Positions 42,360-43,003 of a DNA stretch of 43,003 nucleotides are shown piece after piece (position 1 is the stretch's first letter; each line of letters begins with the position of its first letter). Source of the stretch: an uncultured Thermoleophilia bacterium (lineage in GTDB: Bacteria; Actinomycetota; Thermoleophilia; UBA2241). The DNA lies in assembly GCA_964440225.1 (NCBI GenBank), contig CAYTRM010000001.1:1-43003 (forward strand), read 5' to 3'. The position numbers and the translations under genes are program-made. A model generated the notes under the pieces. That model was not told the origin of the DNA. It was given only the letters and a program-made list of their open reading frames with translations, and made no database searches.

Positions 42360-42965
42360 GTGAGCGAGCGGGACCGCATGGTGGACGACTCGGTACGGCT
42401 GTACCGGCTGCTCCGCTGGGGGCTGGTCGTCGAGATCCCGATCGTCGCGATCACCGCGACGAGCGCGGTGCTCTTGAGTTCCGCGGCACTCGTCGCCCTG
42501 GCCGCTCAGTCGGGCATCGCGCTCGTCATCAACGCGTTCGCCGTGTACGCGATGCGCCAGGTGCTCAAGCACAACGTGTACAGCCACCCGTACGGGGCCG
42601 GCAAGCTGGAGAACTTCTCCGCCTTCCTCTGCGGCGTGCTCTACGTCCCGTCCGGCCTGTACGTACTCTTCGAGTCGATCGAGCGGCTCATCCACGCCCC
42701 CGAGGTGGGGTATATCCTGGGCCTGATCCCGGTGTCGCTCACCTTCACGACCGGGGTCGTGTTCTTCACTCTGTCACGGCGCCTCATGCGGCGCACGACG
42801 GACCCGTCGCCGCTGCTCGTCGCCTACAAGGCCGACTACTTCATCGGCATGATGACCGACGGCGGGGTGCTGGTCGCCTTCATCGCCGGCACCGCGCTCG
42901 CCGGCAGCAGCCTGGGCACGGTGGCCCATAGCGTCGACCCCGCCGTAACTCTCGTCATGGCCTGA
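42360..42965 (+). CDS. Cation diffusion facilitator (CDF) family transporter, membrane domain; ends at an in-frame TGA after which CDF-like sequence continues
   Basis: GGAGGAG RBS before GTG 42360. SHPYGAGKLENFSAF is a CDF TM2-3 signature. After the TGA at 42963-42965 the same frame reads YILWVGVDLVRT to the window end. Confidence 0.7.
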   Translation: MSERDRMVDDSVRLYRLLRWGLVVEIPIVAITATSAVLLSSAALVALAAQSGIALVINAFAVYAMRQVLKHNVYSHPYGAGKLENFSAFLCGVLYVPSGLYVLFESIERLIHAPEVGYILGLIPVSLTFTTGVVFFTLSRRLMRRTTDPSPLLVAYKADYFIGMMTDGGVLVAFIAGTALAGSSLGTVAHSVDPAVTLVMA

Positions 42966-43003
42966 TACATTCTGTGGGTGGGCGTGGACCTCGTGAGAAC
43001 CAA

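Noticed and set aside
42221-42931. 236-aa plus-strand ORF overlapping the CDF gene and the terminator hairpin.
   Set aside because: It is Arg/Gly/Pro-rich and out of frame with the motif-bearing CDF ORF. Its start lies inside the hairpin.
1-43003. CRISPR arrays, tRNA, rRNA or integrase genes as island markers.
   Set aside because: I noticed no regularly spaced direct repeats, no cloverleaf-compatible segments in the few intergenic regions, and no recombinase-like ORFs.

Overview
High-GC (Actinomycetota-like) 43-kb window, gene-dense, with frequent ATGA/GTGA stop-start overlaps and many gene fragments. I saw no rRNA, tRNA, CRISPR array or intact transposase. Left ~27 kb is a paralog-rich catabolic-looking island. 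It holds four non-pyrrolysine MttB-superfamily methyltransferase homologs (two subtypes), two MmgE/PrpD proteins, two CapA proteins, family-5 ABC substrate-binding proteins with an unusual C-terminal membrane anchor and no permease or ATPase genes, a fold-III PLP decarboxylase, a TetR regulator fused to an IS1595-type zinc ribbon, an RpiR regulator, beta-lactamase-family serine hydrolases and CocE/NonD hydrolases. A ~1.4-kb block is duplicated. Several genes are remnants: phosphotriesterase half, SGNH stub, frameshifted TrmO-like gene, serine-hydrolase/PASTA chimera. Around 27.3-28.3 kb is the remnant of an SOS mutagenesis cassette: a perfect LexA box, a small ImuB-C-terminus-like gene, dnaE2 cut to ~58 codons, and an antisense 30-aa hydrophobic ORF. 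From 28.4 to 39.2 kb is a type IC-like restriction-modification operon (hsdM, hsdS, hsdR) invaded by seven extra genes. These are a RhuM-like/YhcG-like/RhuM-Doc cassette inserted at the hsdM-hsdS junction (a 15-codon hsdS 5' stub remains), a GIY-YIG/DUF4357 gene coupled to hsdS, and abiEi-abiEii coupled to hsdR. The right end carries a HAD hydrolase, a third anchored SBP, a strong hairpin terminator and a CDF transporter with an in-frame TGA. All calls come from reading the translated ORFs and the DNA by eye. No database search was run.
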